Source: Eledone cirrhosa (Eukaryota). From it: a stretch of 64,000 nucleotides of DNA. The DNA lies in assembly GCA_964016885.1 (NCBI GenBank), contig OZ024752.1, positions 22,010,001 to 22,074,000 of the forward strand, in the 5' to 3' direction. A program made the translations under genes and the position numbers. Positions 15,523 through 30,933 of this stretch are shown here, piece after piece. The stretch's first letter is position 1, and each line of letters starts with the position of its first letter. The notes under the pieces are model-generated. The model had not been told where the DNA came from and did no database searches. It worked only from the letters and a program-made list of their open reading frames with translations.

Positions 15523-15638
15523 TTACCCACTCTACTACCCTAAGTATTGAGTACTTTGGGTGCGTTATGGTCCATCTGGTTCCTTACCACATTTCCTTCG
15601 TTATATATATATATATATATATAGGCAATCTACCTATA

Positions 15639-15708
<70 letters not shown>

Positions 15709-16199
15709 TGTTGGCCACAAAGGGATTCTTTCTCCTTTGTACAGTCAGAAATATGAATTATATGTAAGATGCATGTAAGCCTTCAAGTTTTGTGTGGTGT
15801 GACGTATATTGATTACGGAAGATCTGTGGAAGCTATTAAGCTAGTAAAACATATTGGATGTGCAATGTCAGTATATCTGAAAGTTAAATGTAAAAGTGGC
15901 TGAATATTTATATTAATGGTGCAGTGTGTGCAAGAGGGAAGAATGTTCTGGTGTGTATATGTGATGTGAATGAATGATATTTGCTTGGTGAGGAAATATG
16001 GTAATGTGCTGACAGTGCAAAATAACTCTCTACCAAAACTTGTCCCATATTATGTGTGTGTGTGTGTAAGTGTGTGTGTGAGTGAGTGTGTATGTGTATG
16101 TGTGTATGTCTACATTTTCACATTTATTGTTTAAATATGTATACATATCCATATGCACATTTATACAAGCACACACACGCACACATATATTTATAAGGG

Positions 16200-17030
16200 T
16201 CGACAAAACTCTTGAGTTGAGCCAGGAGCATGGCAACCTCTCTAGTGTTGGTGATTTACACGGTAAACACACTCAGTATATTCATCTATGCCTAAGTCCA
16301 CAGAGGTTACACGGAGATGAAGTAACTACAGTTTTGTGTAAGGTGCTCAGTGGTTCATGTCAGATCAGGCTCCTGTCTGCCACTGGAACCATGTAACCCA
16401 GTACAACCTGTTTCATGACCGAGTCATTGGTGACTAAACCTGCTCCCCCGACAAGACTCTAGTCTGGTAAGGAGGGTAAGCAGAACTCCAGCAGCACAGA
16501 AAACATGAGCTGTTAAAATGACAGATGTAATCATCAGAGTCATTGGCCATCCTCCCCCCAACTATGGGCTAAATAGCCTCACCAACCTCCAAATGGTCAA
16601 ACCAGCCCCCCCCCCCCCTCCCCGACACTGATTGGGTGAATCCCCAGCAGCTGTTAAAAGATGGATTGACTCCTCGGAGTCAATGGTCATCCATTCTAAT
16701 GGCCATCCAGGTTAAATAGTGTCACCAACCTGCAAGCTGGTGAGTTTGGCTACACCCCTGAAGACATGGCCAAAACCAAAGAGAAAGTGGTGGAGGTCAA
16801 CCAGGGAGGGGTTCCCCAAACAGGAGTGAGAAGGCCTTGGATTGGACTCGGTGGTTTGCAGCATAAGAATAATAAACTCAAATTACTAGAGACCAGATTT
16901 GAAGGTAGATATTCTATGTCCAATGTCCTTGCCAAGACCACTCTAGTGGGGACTGTGGAAGGAGAAAGAAGGAGAGACAGAGGATATGATGGATAGACAA
17001 CATCAAAGAGTGGACACTCAAATTGTGAAC
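16200..17030 (+). mobile_element. Degenerate RTE-clade LINE remnants
   Basis: LAKTTLVGTVEGERRR...WIDNIKEWT resembles an RTE ORF C-terminus; upstream part matches the 8044 repeat. Confidence 0.55.
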
Positions 17031-17388
17031 ACACCCTGTAAAGTGGTTGTGATGGGACCCTGATAAACCAACCCAGTTAACCCTGTAAAGTAGTAGTGAT
17101 GGTGCCATGACAACGATAGCAAAAAAAGAAGAAGAAGAAGAAGATGACCAACAACAAGGTGACCGTACGTGTGTGTGAGAATATATGAGTGCGTTTTGTG
17201 CATATTTATCCTTACATATATATCGTTACGTATATATCTTGACATGCATGCAATGAAAAGACTCACCTGTAAATGTGCAGCAGACATGCACATTCCAGTC
17301 ACTACAAAACATTAGTCACTGCCTACCAGCCCGACTCTCTGTCGATCTGTCTCTTTGTCTGTCTATCAGTTTATCTGTTTTCTTAATT

Positions 17389-17780
<392 letters not shown>

Positions 17781-18380
17781 CCTGTCTGTTTAACTGCCTG
17801 TCTATCTGTCTGTCTGCTAATTAAGCAGAGTATAGATTTCTGTTCTTCAGCTTCCCATTAATGTTTGTAGTCATTACTTCAACACTCAGTACAGCATGCA
17901 TCTCTTTCTGTCTCTTTATCAACACAAGCTGCTATTATGTCTATACCATTTTACGGCTGTGTATGTGCGTGTGTGTATGTATGTGTGAATGTGTGTGCAT
18001 GTATGCATGTGTGTACACTTGTATATGCCACTACATATATATACATATATAAAATTCTTGTTGCATGTATAGCTTGTGCCTTCGGTCGGTTATCTTGGTG
18101 TCACATTTTATAACTACGGTGTTTAACTCTGGACTTAATGTTTGTTTTTAACTTTCGATCCATTGAGTGCTTTGTGATTGCCTCCAAACGAATCGAATTG
18201 TACATACTGTACTGCAGCTAAAGTTCGATTTACAAATATTATATATATAAACGGTAAAACATTGATGTAATTTGATTCGAGAACTCAACATTTATTTTCC
18301 ACATAGGAGTAGAATTATAGAAGTTGGAATTCTATAAGAATCCAACTTCTTTAATTTTCGGAGAAGGCAAGGGGGTACGT

Positions 18381-18422
18381 GGCTCTGATGAACGCCAACC
18401 AGCGTGAAACAGACTGTCAGCT
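18381..18422 (+). ncRNA. Type I minimal hammerhead ribozyme
   Basis: GGCT-CTGATGA-ACGC(CAACCA)GCGT-GAAA-CAG(A)CTG-TC-AGCT; core and stems I-III present. Confidence 0.8.
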
Positions 18423-19426
18423 GCTCTCTCTCTTCTTTCGCCATAAAGAAGTGACATAGTATGGTCTTCTAAATGTTTTTAATTAAACATACGGTATATT
18501 GCCAAATATACAATAACCAAAGAATCGCTGCTTTCACCCTTAACATGATCTTCTGAAACTAAAAAAAAATCAATCTGTGAACACAGAAGTAAATATTTCG
18601 AAAAACGTTGCAACCGAAGGAAAACAGGAAGACGATACTTTGGTTCGCGAAGACGTTCCCTGGCAATAAACGAAAAAAAAGCGAAGATAATACGTCTTTA
18701 TGTGGATCGGTGAGAACAATTACACGCAAAGACAAAACCACGTTTATGGTATAAATGGAGTCATTAGACTAATATTCTATTTAGGAAAACGAATGATTCT
18801 TGGCTTCGGAGTTAAGAATAATGTAGATAAATTAGTAGAACGAAAATGACAGAGGTTATTAAAAACATAAAAGTGATAATAAAAAATATATACATACACA
18901 GATCTCTATACGTACATACACGTGCATATGCGGAAACACACGCCATGCATGCATATACATGCACGTACACATAAACACGCGCACACGTACGTAAGCTGGC
19001 ACGACTCATATACCCGCACATATACTAACGTATACACCAAATACACATATAAATATATGTGTGTGTGTATACATATAATTATATATACATATATAAATAT
19101 ATACGCATAAATGTGTATACACACACACATACACACACACACATACCTACAAGTAAAACATATATGTTCACCAAACATACATATACCTAAACCCTATGTA
19201 CACATATACACACCATCCATACGGGAAAACACACATACACACTCATACATTCCCAATGATAATCCATATATATATACATACATATACATACACATATACA
19301 CACACATACATATATATAAATATGAATATAGATATACATACATATGTACACGCATACAACATATACATAAACACCCACACATATATAAATATCTATATAA
19401 ATCCACACACGCATGCGCACACACAT

Positions 19427-19519
<93 letters not shown>

Positions 19520-19815
19520 CACACACATATATATACATATATACACAATATACACATAAATAAACATAAATATACACAAATACATATATACACATACACA
19601 TATACACACATATACGCATACAAATATACACGCGCAAACACGAAATACACACATACACATAACCATATACACACATACCAGTATATATAATATATACACC
19701 TATAACATATAGAAGCATAGATACGTTCGAGAAAGTATACGTACCTCCACAAACATACGGGTAAGGTATACTTAGCTACCACATCAAGACGTAAATTATC
19801 CGCGTATTGTTCGTA

Positions 19816-21641
19816 CTATCCATTAGCGTTAGGGTATAATGTGGGGCTGTAATACAGGAAAGTTTTATGCAATTTATGTTTACAAGCCGAAATTGCCTCA
19901 GATTTTTTGTTTAAGATGTGATTATTGGCGTAGAGTATTTCCAGGGTTTTAGCGGTGCAAAGAACGCATGGTTTTGTATTTCCATTATACGATCTAGCTT
20001 TAGCTAGGATCTCCCAGTGTAACCTATATTAGGTGTGGTTGTCTTTTAGACTCCAGATATAAGCTGAAAGTGACGTCATATTCCTTCTTAAAGTGTTAAG
20101 AAAAGAATGGGTGTGCATGTAAAGATGGTGCTTGAATCTATTGGCAGTTAACCCTATGTAGGCCCTACTAGACGTGGGTGTGTCAACCTTACATTTGTAG
20201 ACAATGTTACTGGAGAGGTATTTCCCGGATAGAGGGCAGTCAACCCGATTCCTACAATTACAATTAGTACTAGCTACAGGGTTGCACGTGTTACCACGGC
20301 TAGATAATTTAGCTAAATTTGAAGCAGTGATGTTATGTGCAAAGTTAGGAGTCATGAAGTAAGATATTTTTAAGGTATTTCTATTAAAAATGTTATTATA
20401 TTTGTGCTGAGGGGAAATGCTTCTTAATAAGGGAGAGAAAGATTTTAGCTAATGATGTGGCCACCTCCATATTATTTGGTGGGTTATACCATATAATGCG
20501 TCGGGATCTATTTTTCCTAGGTTTATGCTCATACTTAGTATATGCTAGCTTATCGACAAATCCACTCCGAGCAAGAGCTTCATTGTAATATGTGGAATGG
20601 TCGGTGAAAATATGCTCGTTTGTAGAAAGACGAGAAAGCCTCAGAGAAACGTTTCTTACCAGGTTCTTGGTTATGCTGGCAGGATGGTTAGAATGCTTAC
20701 TGATGTAATTAAGCGTATCATTCGGCTTTCTATACTGGTAGTGCAAGCCATTCGACAAATTGAGGGTAACATCGAGGTAGTTTACGACCAAAAGGTTGGC
20801 CTCAACTTGTATGGAGAGGTTGAAGCCTTTAAAGAAAGCTGTGAGTTCTTTTCTAAACCTGTTGCAAGCGCGGGGACCGCACTTAGTCATGGTCAAAAGA
20901 CCGTCATCGCGATACAAGCCCCCGCATACATTAGGGAATTCTACCTTAATAGAGAAAAGAAGGGAAAGGCCGATAAGATCTGTAACCTCCGCAGAATCGC
21001 TGGCGCCCATACTCACGTCGAATGGGGTACTATTAGATTTTTTTTATCCAAATAGAGTCGTCGAAATTAATCACCGACTTACGGGCATTGAGCATGACAT
21101 CAACTTCGAAATCCTTAACCACTGTGAGCGTTTTAGCGAAATTGATAGATCTAAGAAGAAGTGGTAAAGTGATGGAGGAGTAGTAATTATTGATGTCGAA
21201 TTGGATAAAACGGCAATGTTCCTTGTTGCATATGCCGTTGACCCAATCAATCACCGTGAAAGAATTATTCCACAGTGCAAGAGGGGCCAAGCTTCTAATT
21301 TCAGGTATAATTCTATCTAAAATTATTTTACTAAGTCTACCTAAATCAGACTTTGTAGGGTTAATTAGTCGAATAGAAAGGTTGTTAGTGAAATTGGGTT
21401 TGTGATCCTTCAGGGTAAAGTGGGGAGAAATAGGGTCCAGAGGTTCGGTCCGAAACCCAAATTTATCCTGATAATTGTCCGTTTTTTCCTGGTTATCGAA
21501 ATAAAAGGGCCGCCAACGCAACCTTTTAAGGAACGAATCCGTTTTTTGTATAAGAAGTTTTAAGTATGTCTTCCTGTCAGGTACGGGTATGTTCTTTGTA
21601 GTTGTTTCTGCATGTTGAATATAAGTCAGTAGAGTACTCAA
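19816..21641 (-). pseudogene. Penelope-like RT + GIY-YIG endonuclease ORF, frameshifted with internal stops
   Basis: KNIPVP..FLKRLRW N-terminus, FIQFDINNYYSSI, MGASDSAEV, GLYRDDGL, YLDVTLNL, CNCRNRVDCPL, NIVYKC..YIGLT; read-through C-terminus CVLC..LNKKSE..CKH. Confidence 0.9.
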
Positions 21642-22321
21642 CCGAGGGAGCCAAATAGTAATAATAATAAATGTGAAGACTAAAATCCAAAGAGGGCTCG
21701 ATAAGGATAAATATATATATCAAATATATAAGAACCCTAGAGCAAATATTTACTAAAATAACAGATTAAAGTTTAAGCAATGAATTGCCAGGGAACGTCT
21801 TCACGAACCAAAGTATCGTCTTCCTGTTTTCCTTCGGTCGCAACGTTTTTCGAAATATTTACTTCTGCGTTCACAGATTGATTTTTTTAGTTTCAGAAGA
21901 TCCCGTTAACGGTGAAAGCAGTATATTTGGCAATATACCGTATGTTTAATTAAAAACATTTAGAAGACCATACTATGTCACTTCTTTTTGGCGAAAGAAG
22001 AGAGAGCAGCTGACAGTCTGTTTCACGCTGGTTGGCAAGTTTGCAATTTTCACAGTTGAACATTGCAAACTTGACTGTCACCACAGAATATGAACCTGAA
22101 GATTGCGAAAGCATGAAAGTACTTGTTCAATTAACATAGAGTCACTTTTCAACTGACAGCTGAAAATTTCAAACTTAACATTTAATATTCTACCATACTA
22201 TTTCATTCTAATACCATTATAAATTTTAAAGGATTGTAAATAAAACGAGTAAATCAGACAAAGTTGGAATTCCTTTTATTAATATAATCTTCTATACACA
22301 ATCATACACACCCGTGTATAT

Positions 22322-22660
<339 letters not shown>

Positions 22661-22849
22661 TGTGTCATCGACACAGTGAACGGAATTAGGAGGATAGGGT
22701 AGGGTGTGTGGGCGGGGTGTATATTAGGTTAAGAGGTGCTTACTGACTGTAGGTTTGTATGCAAGGCGGGTCTTCTGTACAATTGCATGGTGCCAAAGAT
22801 CTCAATCGAGTGACATTATTTAGAGAGGTGTAAGTGAGCAAGGTCAGTT

Positions 22850-23265
22850 TTTATCATCTCATACCAGGTTTTTCTTGGTCTACCTACTCCGTAGCTTCCA
22901 TCAATTTTCATTGTCCTGCACTTTTTTATACATCTGTCGTCCTTCAAATGCATCACATCTCCTCTCCAGAACACAACATTTGATACCTCTTATGTTTAGT
23001 CTCTCTTTCAATTCGTTTATACTTCGCCTTTCGCGCACATTACTATTACACATCCATCGGAGCATGCAAGCTTCATTTCTTTCTAATCTATGCAGGTCTT
23101 CAGCACACAACCATGTAATATCGCCGTTCATATTCAAGCATGAAACAATCTGCCTTTCACTGTTAGAGAAAAATTCCTTGTGGCCAACAGTAGTATTAGC
23201 TATCTGAACTTTTTCTAACCTGTTCTAACTCTGGCTACTACACTTTCAGAGCACCCTCCTCCACT
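22850..23265 (-). mobile_element. RTE-clade LINE RT C-terminal fragment
   Basis: TW..EDLHRLERNEACMLRWMCN..RERRSINELKERL..GRPRKTW. Confidence 0.75.
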
Positions 23266-23284
23266 GTATACATATATATGTATA

Positions 23285-23329
<45 letters not shown>

Positions 23330-23371
23330 AAATGTGTGAGATCCTTGGTACAGTTAGGTATATTTAAAAAA

Positions 23372-24033
<662 letters not shown>

Positions 24034-25501
24034 TGTCAAAGATGTGTTGTTGATATTGTTTGGGAGAGGAAGTGTGTGGGGGGGGGGGACATTCACTTCC
24101 CTGTATGTAAATATTACATACAAACACATACACACACATACATACATATATATATACACACATACATACTCATACACACCCATATATATGTATATATATA
24201 TATACATACACACACATATACATATATACACACTCATACATACACACACATATATATATATATTTTTATATATATATACACACACATACATATATATTAT
24301 ACATATCTTGTACATATATATATATATACATGTATATATTTTACATACATTCATATATATATAAATGGAAAAAATGAAATTTCATTTCTCACTCTTAGTA
24401 CGGCTGATACTTAAATATAAGTATGTATACTACATACATATATGTATACAGACGTACAGTAGTATGTATATACATACATACATGCGCACACACATATATA
24501 TATATATGTACGTATGGGTTTCTAGCGGCGGAATCCAGAACTCATTAGATTTACGTCCCTTTGGGACGGTAATGACCCCTAGTGTCACCTACAAGAAGTA
24601 ATCGAAGTTACGTCCCCATTGGGGCTATATATTGAGACCGCCAGGGCATTCTTCCTCTCTTTTCGCTCCTTCACTCTGATTAGCGATGTAGCAGCCCTGG
24701 AGATCGGAGTCGATTTCTCCCACGACACGTGCGGAGGCAAATAACAAATTACTCCAGTAAACACGTTAAGAGCCTTCTCTCTCTCCAAGAACAAACTCCA
24801 GCACATACTTTGGTCTCAATCCATTCAGCTACCTGAAACATCAACAAACTCTGTATCTCGGGTAATTTATATTGTTCTCTTTTGACTTCCACGACGTAAC
24901 CCTATCTACAAACAATGTAAATCAGCCTTTCATGTTATTTCTAAAACAGTAATAAATATATGTATAATACCAATCTTCTAAAGGTTTACCGAACATTTAT
25001 TATAATGCTCGGTTTGTTTGTAAACAAACAGCCCGAATTATTAGCCGTACAGTGTTCGGCAACCATCGTTGCCATTTTGTTCAACACTGACAAAGGATGA
25101 CAGCTAATAAGCTAGAAACTAGTTAATCGTTCCTTTGTCAGTGTTGAACAAAATGGCAACGAGGGTTGCCGAACACTGTACGGCTAATAATTCGGGCTGT
25201 TTGTTTACAAACAAACCGAGCATTATAATAAATGTTCGGTAAACACATACATACATATATATATGTGTGCATGTATGTATATACATACTACTGTACGTCT
25301 GTATACATATATGTATGTATACATACTTATATTTAAGTATCAGCTGTACTAAGAGTGAGAAATGAAATTTCATTTTTTCCATTTATCCTTTTCGGTACGC
25401 CTGGCTGACTAACTCGATATGCAAATTAGGCTGCTCAGCCGTGGATATGCATAAGGAAAGTATATACTTTCAAACGTTCAATCAACTGACAGGAAGGTAT
25501 A

Positions 25502-25542
25502 CGGTGCTGATGACAGCTAATAAGCTAGAAACTAGTTCATCG
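25502..25542 (+). ncRNA. Type I hammerhead ribozyme (truncated twin at ~25096-25130)
   Basis: CGGTG-CTGATGA-CAGCT(AATA)AGCTA-GAAA-CTAG-TT-CATCG; palindromic stem III. Confidence 0.7.
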
Positions 25543-25987
25543 TTCCTTTGTCAGTGTTGAACAAAATGGCAACGATGGTTGCCGAACACTGCACAGCTAA
25601 TAATTCGGGCTGTTTGTTTACAAACAAACCGAGCATTATAAATAATGTTCGGTAAACCCATACGTACATATATATATATATATGTGTGCATGTATGTATG
25701 TATATACATACTACTGTACGTCTGTATACATATATGCATGTACGTATACATACTTATATATATATATATATATATATATGGGATAACAAGTTATCGTTAT
25801 AGGTAATCCAGTTAGAGTACTCCGCGTCGTGGATAGTTTTAACGAAACAATTGTCAGTACTTTAAATAAAGCCCTTATTGTACAGCCAACCATGTTACTC
25901 TTCTTTCTTTAACTATATATATATATATATATATATACACACAATGATATTAAATAAATGGAAACTATATTTATAAAACCATATTTA

Positions 25988-26045
25988 TTCTATTATATAT
26001 ATTTCAAGGGTACCAAAACTTTTGGTACGCTATCATCAGATAAAA
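25988..26045 (-). ncRNA. Hammerhead ribozyme candidate (inverted truncated copy at 34957-35007)
   Basis: Minus strand: TTTTAT-CTGATGA-TAGC-GTACCAAAAGTTTTGGTAC-CCTT-GAAA-TATATA-TA-ATAGAA. Confidence 0.6.
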
Positions 26046-26215
26046 TACAAAATGTTTTATAAATATTTGACATGACCAAGGATAATATACCTTAACGGTT
26101 CAAGTTATCCCTGGAAATTTAATATCATTGAATACTTACTCCAGAAAACTGTCGAGTGCTCTGAATCAGTTATAAACATCTATATTTGTTGGATTTCCAA
26201 CAAATTAAATATCTC

Positions 26216-26293
<78 letters not shown>

Positions 26294-26713
26294 ACGGAGA
26301 AAAAGACGATTATTAGGAAGAAAAATTTTTCATTTTCCTTTTTTATTTTTTCTCTCTTTTTTCTGGGTTACAAAATGATTAAAACGAAATATTTTACTTT
26401 GTGTGAAGTATTAAGGTATTAATTGATTTATTTATTAATTAACAATGGAATTTATTTATTTATATATTTAATAATTGTCTATTACCGGTTTCAGCATTTT
26501 TATGCATTATCAAATGATAATAATATGTATTGGTGTGGAATGGTGGTGTTGGACATGTTAAAGAAATGGTGCAGAAAGAATAATGTTATTTACAAACAAG
26601 GTTTATGAAGTGAAAAGAAAAAAGAAAAAAAAGGGGCATAATGTGGAGCATAAGGCAATGAGAAAGAAAAAATAATGTTATTTACAGGCATAGTTCTTGA
26701 AGATAAGCAGATC

Positions 26714-26759
<46 letters not shown>

Positions 26760-27180
26760 TATACATACATATACATATATATCTCCTATACATACATATA
26801 CATATATTTCATACACATACATATATATACACACCACATATACACACATATATTTTCTACATACTTATATATATATCTTATACACACACCATATATATAC
26901 TTTTTACACATATACCATACATACATTTTATATACACACTATACATATACCACACATATATCCCACACACATATCATATACATCCTATATATACACTATA
27001 CATATCGTATATATATATTATATATATCTCCCACATATATACACACACACACACATATATATATCTCCCATACACACATATATTTTATACATACATACAC
27101 ACGTATATACACACACATATACATACACACATATACACATATATATATATTCCACACATTTTATATACATACATATGCGT

Positions 27181-27227
<47 letters not shown>

Positions 27228-27813
27228 TACATATACATACATATACACATATATATATCCACATATATATATATATTCCACACATTTTATATACATACAT
27301 ACATACACATATATATTCCATATATACACATTTTATACCTCCTACATATATATATATATACTACATATATATACATATAAATATATTATACACATATCCA
27401 CACATATATATACACATACACCTACATATATATATATATACACATATCTATCTCACACATACGCACGTGCATACATACACATACATATATATATACACAC
27501 ACACATATGCACACATACACATAAACATGTACACATATATCTGTATAACTACAGACACATATATAAAAAAAAACACATCTATACATACATACATATATGT
27601 ATACACATCTACAAGTTCATATATACATTGTGTCCGGAAGGGGAAATTAATGAAATGTTATTGTACCTCTGAGGGTTTTTCTTCTCTTCAACGATCGAAT
27701 GTTTGAAAGTACGGGTGTCATCAACTATTTTTCTTTTTCAATATGAGATTTATTTAAAGAAAAGAGAGGGGGAGAATCCTGTTGCTTGAAGATGGAATAT
27801 CACTTTTTTGTGT

Positions 27814-29713
27814 TCAGTAGTGGTTTGTATTTTCTAATAAAGAATTCTTCTTTATATTTTCGGAAGTGTTCGTTGTCCGACCATATCTTAAAGAAGGGGA
27901 AAATTGTGAAATCTCCCTTTCCGAATGTTGCGAAGTGTTCACTGCATGTGGTGTTTTTGACACAGAGGTAAGCAGTTTCTTTAGGTTGGGTGCTTGGCGT
28001 CTACTATATATAATTTGTGCGTCTTTTATGAGTGCATTCATTTTAGGGGACTGCTGGAGAATCGGGAGATATTGTTTGGCGGCTTTTACAATGTTGAAGT
28101 TCCTTGGATTGTGAGTGATGACAAAAGGAATAACTGTTTTTTCCATTCTATTTTGTTGCTTTGTTTTTCTCAGTGTTGTCACTGGGATGTTCTGGGCTTT
28201 GGAGATGGCTGTGTTGATGAGGTTCACCGGATATTTTTGTCTCTTAAGGAACTCTTTTAATTCATATAATCTTTTTTCCTGTAGTGTGGGGTGTGTTACT
28301 ATGGTGCAGATGCGTCTTGCCATGTTTAAAGGAATGTTCCTTTTGGTGTGGGATGGGTATGCTGAACGGAAATTCAAGTATTGGTGTGTGTCTGTTGGTT
28401 TGTAAAATAAGTCCGTTTTGATATTTTCCCCTTCCTTAATGATAAGGATATCCAGAAACAGTAGTTCCTTTTTATTACATTCCATGGTGAATTTTATTTT
28501 TTCGTGAAGATTGTTTATGATGGAATGGAATCTTTGAAGGTCTCCTGTTGATTGCTCCACTTTTGTCCGCTTCTTTTATGATTATTGAGGAGTCTTTTTG
28601 TAGTTTGTTTAGTGCTTGCAGTTGGTCTGTAGGGATGTTGTGTTTGTGTTTCGTCTCTGCAGTATTTGACTGTGCTGATCGTCGGAGGTAGGTTATGTAA
28701 CCCTCCAGGTGTTTGTCTCTATTTAACGGAGGTTTGAAGTTCTTTTTGTTTCTTACTAGTGATTCCTCCTCGTATTCTACACCCTGGAAGAATTCTCCTA
28801 GACGTAATTTTTGACAAAAATCTTCTGTCTTTTATAATAAGGTCGGCTTGATCTGCTTTTGGAGTGGGTGTGAATTTCAGTCCATTTTCTAGCAATTTTA
28901 TTTCCTGTTGTGTTAGTTTTTTTGCCGATATGTTGATTATTTTTGGTTCTTTTTGAGTTTTCTCGTCGGGTGCCATTTGAAGGGTGGTGTTTTTTTTTTT
29001 GTTTTTTTTTTCCTTTCATTTGGTGGGAGGCACCTTGTTATAAAAAATAATAATTCCCATTTGAGATAGCGGTGTTTCTGTTGTGGTGAAATATTCTGTT
29101 CGCTGGCATTTCATCTTGATAATTTTCTGAACGGTATGGTGGTTGATATATGGGAGTTTAGTTCTTCTGCTGTTCCGTTCGGTCTTCATTTGTCTTTCAT
29201 TTTGCCGCTGGTAATTGTTTTTGGGGGTTTGACAGTAGTTGTGTCTGGTTCTGGTGTTCAGTATTTGGTTTGTGTATAATTGTATGTTTGGGATTCTCCG
29301 ATTTCTGGTTGATGTTTATTTATTGTGTGAGAATTCTTCATTTCTTGTGTTTTTGTATATTCCTGAATTTGAGTGTTTCTTATGGGCTTGTTTTTTTTTG
29401 TTTTATTTGGACTTTCCCATGGTTTTTTTCATATTCTTGTAGCCATTGTGTTCTTGACTCCAAGATTTTCTTTGATTTCAATTCCTCTCTGGTTGCATCA
29501 TTCTTCCAAAGGTCAAAGAGTTTTTCTCGTACATTACCGATGCTTCTTTTGTTTATTTCGTCTCTAATGGTGGTGTCACATTTTTCGAATTTCTCTTTAA
29601 ATTTTGGCACTCATAGACGGAGTAGAGTGATTTCTGTCTCAAGTTTGTGGAGTGCTAGATTTTGTCTTATTTTGGTTTCTTTGTTTGGTTCTGATGTTAT
29701 TTCTTTAATCTGA
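27814..29713 (-). pseudogene. Second Penelope-like element, internally deleted (N-terminus and RT thumb remain)
   Basis: IINISAKKLTQQEIKLLENGLKFTPTP; KIKFTME..FLDILI..TDLFYKPTDTHQYLNFRSAYPSHTKRNIP..ARRICTIV; the YxDD core is missing. Confidence 0.85.
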
Positions 29714-30831
29714 TGTTATTTCTTTAATGTTCCCAAACTATCCTTCTTTTCTCTTTTTCCTGTCATCCCATTCTTATCAAAAGACATGACAAAAACCCAG
29801 ACAAGCACCTAAATTCATTTTTGATATAGAAATTTGTAGAAGATATTCTTTATGGATTTGGAAGAGTTGATTCAGCTATGCCATTATATACTCATCAAAG
29901 GTCAGCTAATGGAATAAAACCAGCAGGAGGGGATGTTTACAACCACCTTCTCAAACACCCTTATCTTACAACCTTACCATTTTCTGAGTGGATATATATA
30001 TGTGTGTGTGTGTGTGTGTGTTTGTGTGTGCTTTAATTCCTCACCATCATCAACACTCATTAACACCACACCCCAGACTCATCCAAATCTCCCTTATATA
30101 TAGTCACACATTTCAACACAACCTGATCTCAGTTTGACAATCGCCACAGACAGACGAATGAGAGAAAGTTCTCCAACAAAGTTAACCACAAATCTTTAAA
30201 ATTCTTCCCACCGAAGTTAACGAAGAACTTACTGGATCGACCAACTCATAATATTATAATATTATAAAATTAAATAAAAAAATGTTTAACACTACAAGTG
30301 AAGTCATTCTTTTCCTTTTATTCAAATATATATATATAGTTATGTAATAAACAACATAAGATAATTATTTCATTTACCAGCGGTTTCTTGAAAGCAGATA
30401 TATCTGTTTTCAGTCGTAAGCATGAATAAAACATGGTGTTTTTATTAAATATGGATTTGAAAACAAAATATAAGAAATATGAAAGTGAGGCTGAGGAAAC
30501 AAAGGGCGAAGAAGAAGAAGAGAAAAAAATAAACAAACATACACACACTCAACCACGCACATATACGAAAAAGTACGTACACATATGCTGTCACATAAGC
30601 GTATATGTATCAACCGACATGGACAAAATACATACACATACATATACATGAAGTAATAAGAATAAATGAATAAGAACAAACAATATTCAAAGTCAAAAAT
30701 AAAATATAATAGACAGAGGATGCGCATTGACAACGAGAAGCGAGAGGAGGGGGGGGGGGGGTTAATGAAAACAAATAAAAATAAACAAATACACGAGGTG
30801 TGCAATTACATAAAAATACAGATACACAAAA

Positions 30832-30933
<102 letters not shown>

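Larger units (their letters stand above)
18381..22036 (-). mobile_element. Penelope-like retroelement (Naiad-like) bounded by ~260-bp inverted repeats (18394-18667 / 21784-22036)
   Basis: Disrupted RT-GIY-YIG ORF inside; arms align as reverse complements; hammerhead motif in the arms. Confidence 0.85.

Noticed and set aside
20029-20355. Selenocysteine recoding, as reported for some Naiad elements
   Set aside because: The CxCx5C cysteines are TGT/TGC and the interrupting stops read as TAA; no SECIS was identifiable by eye.
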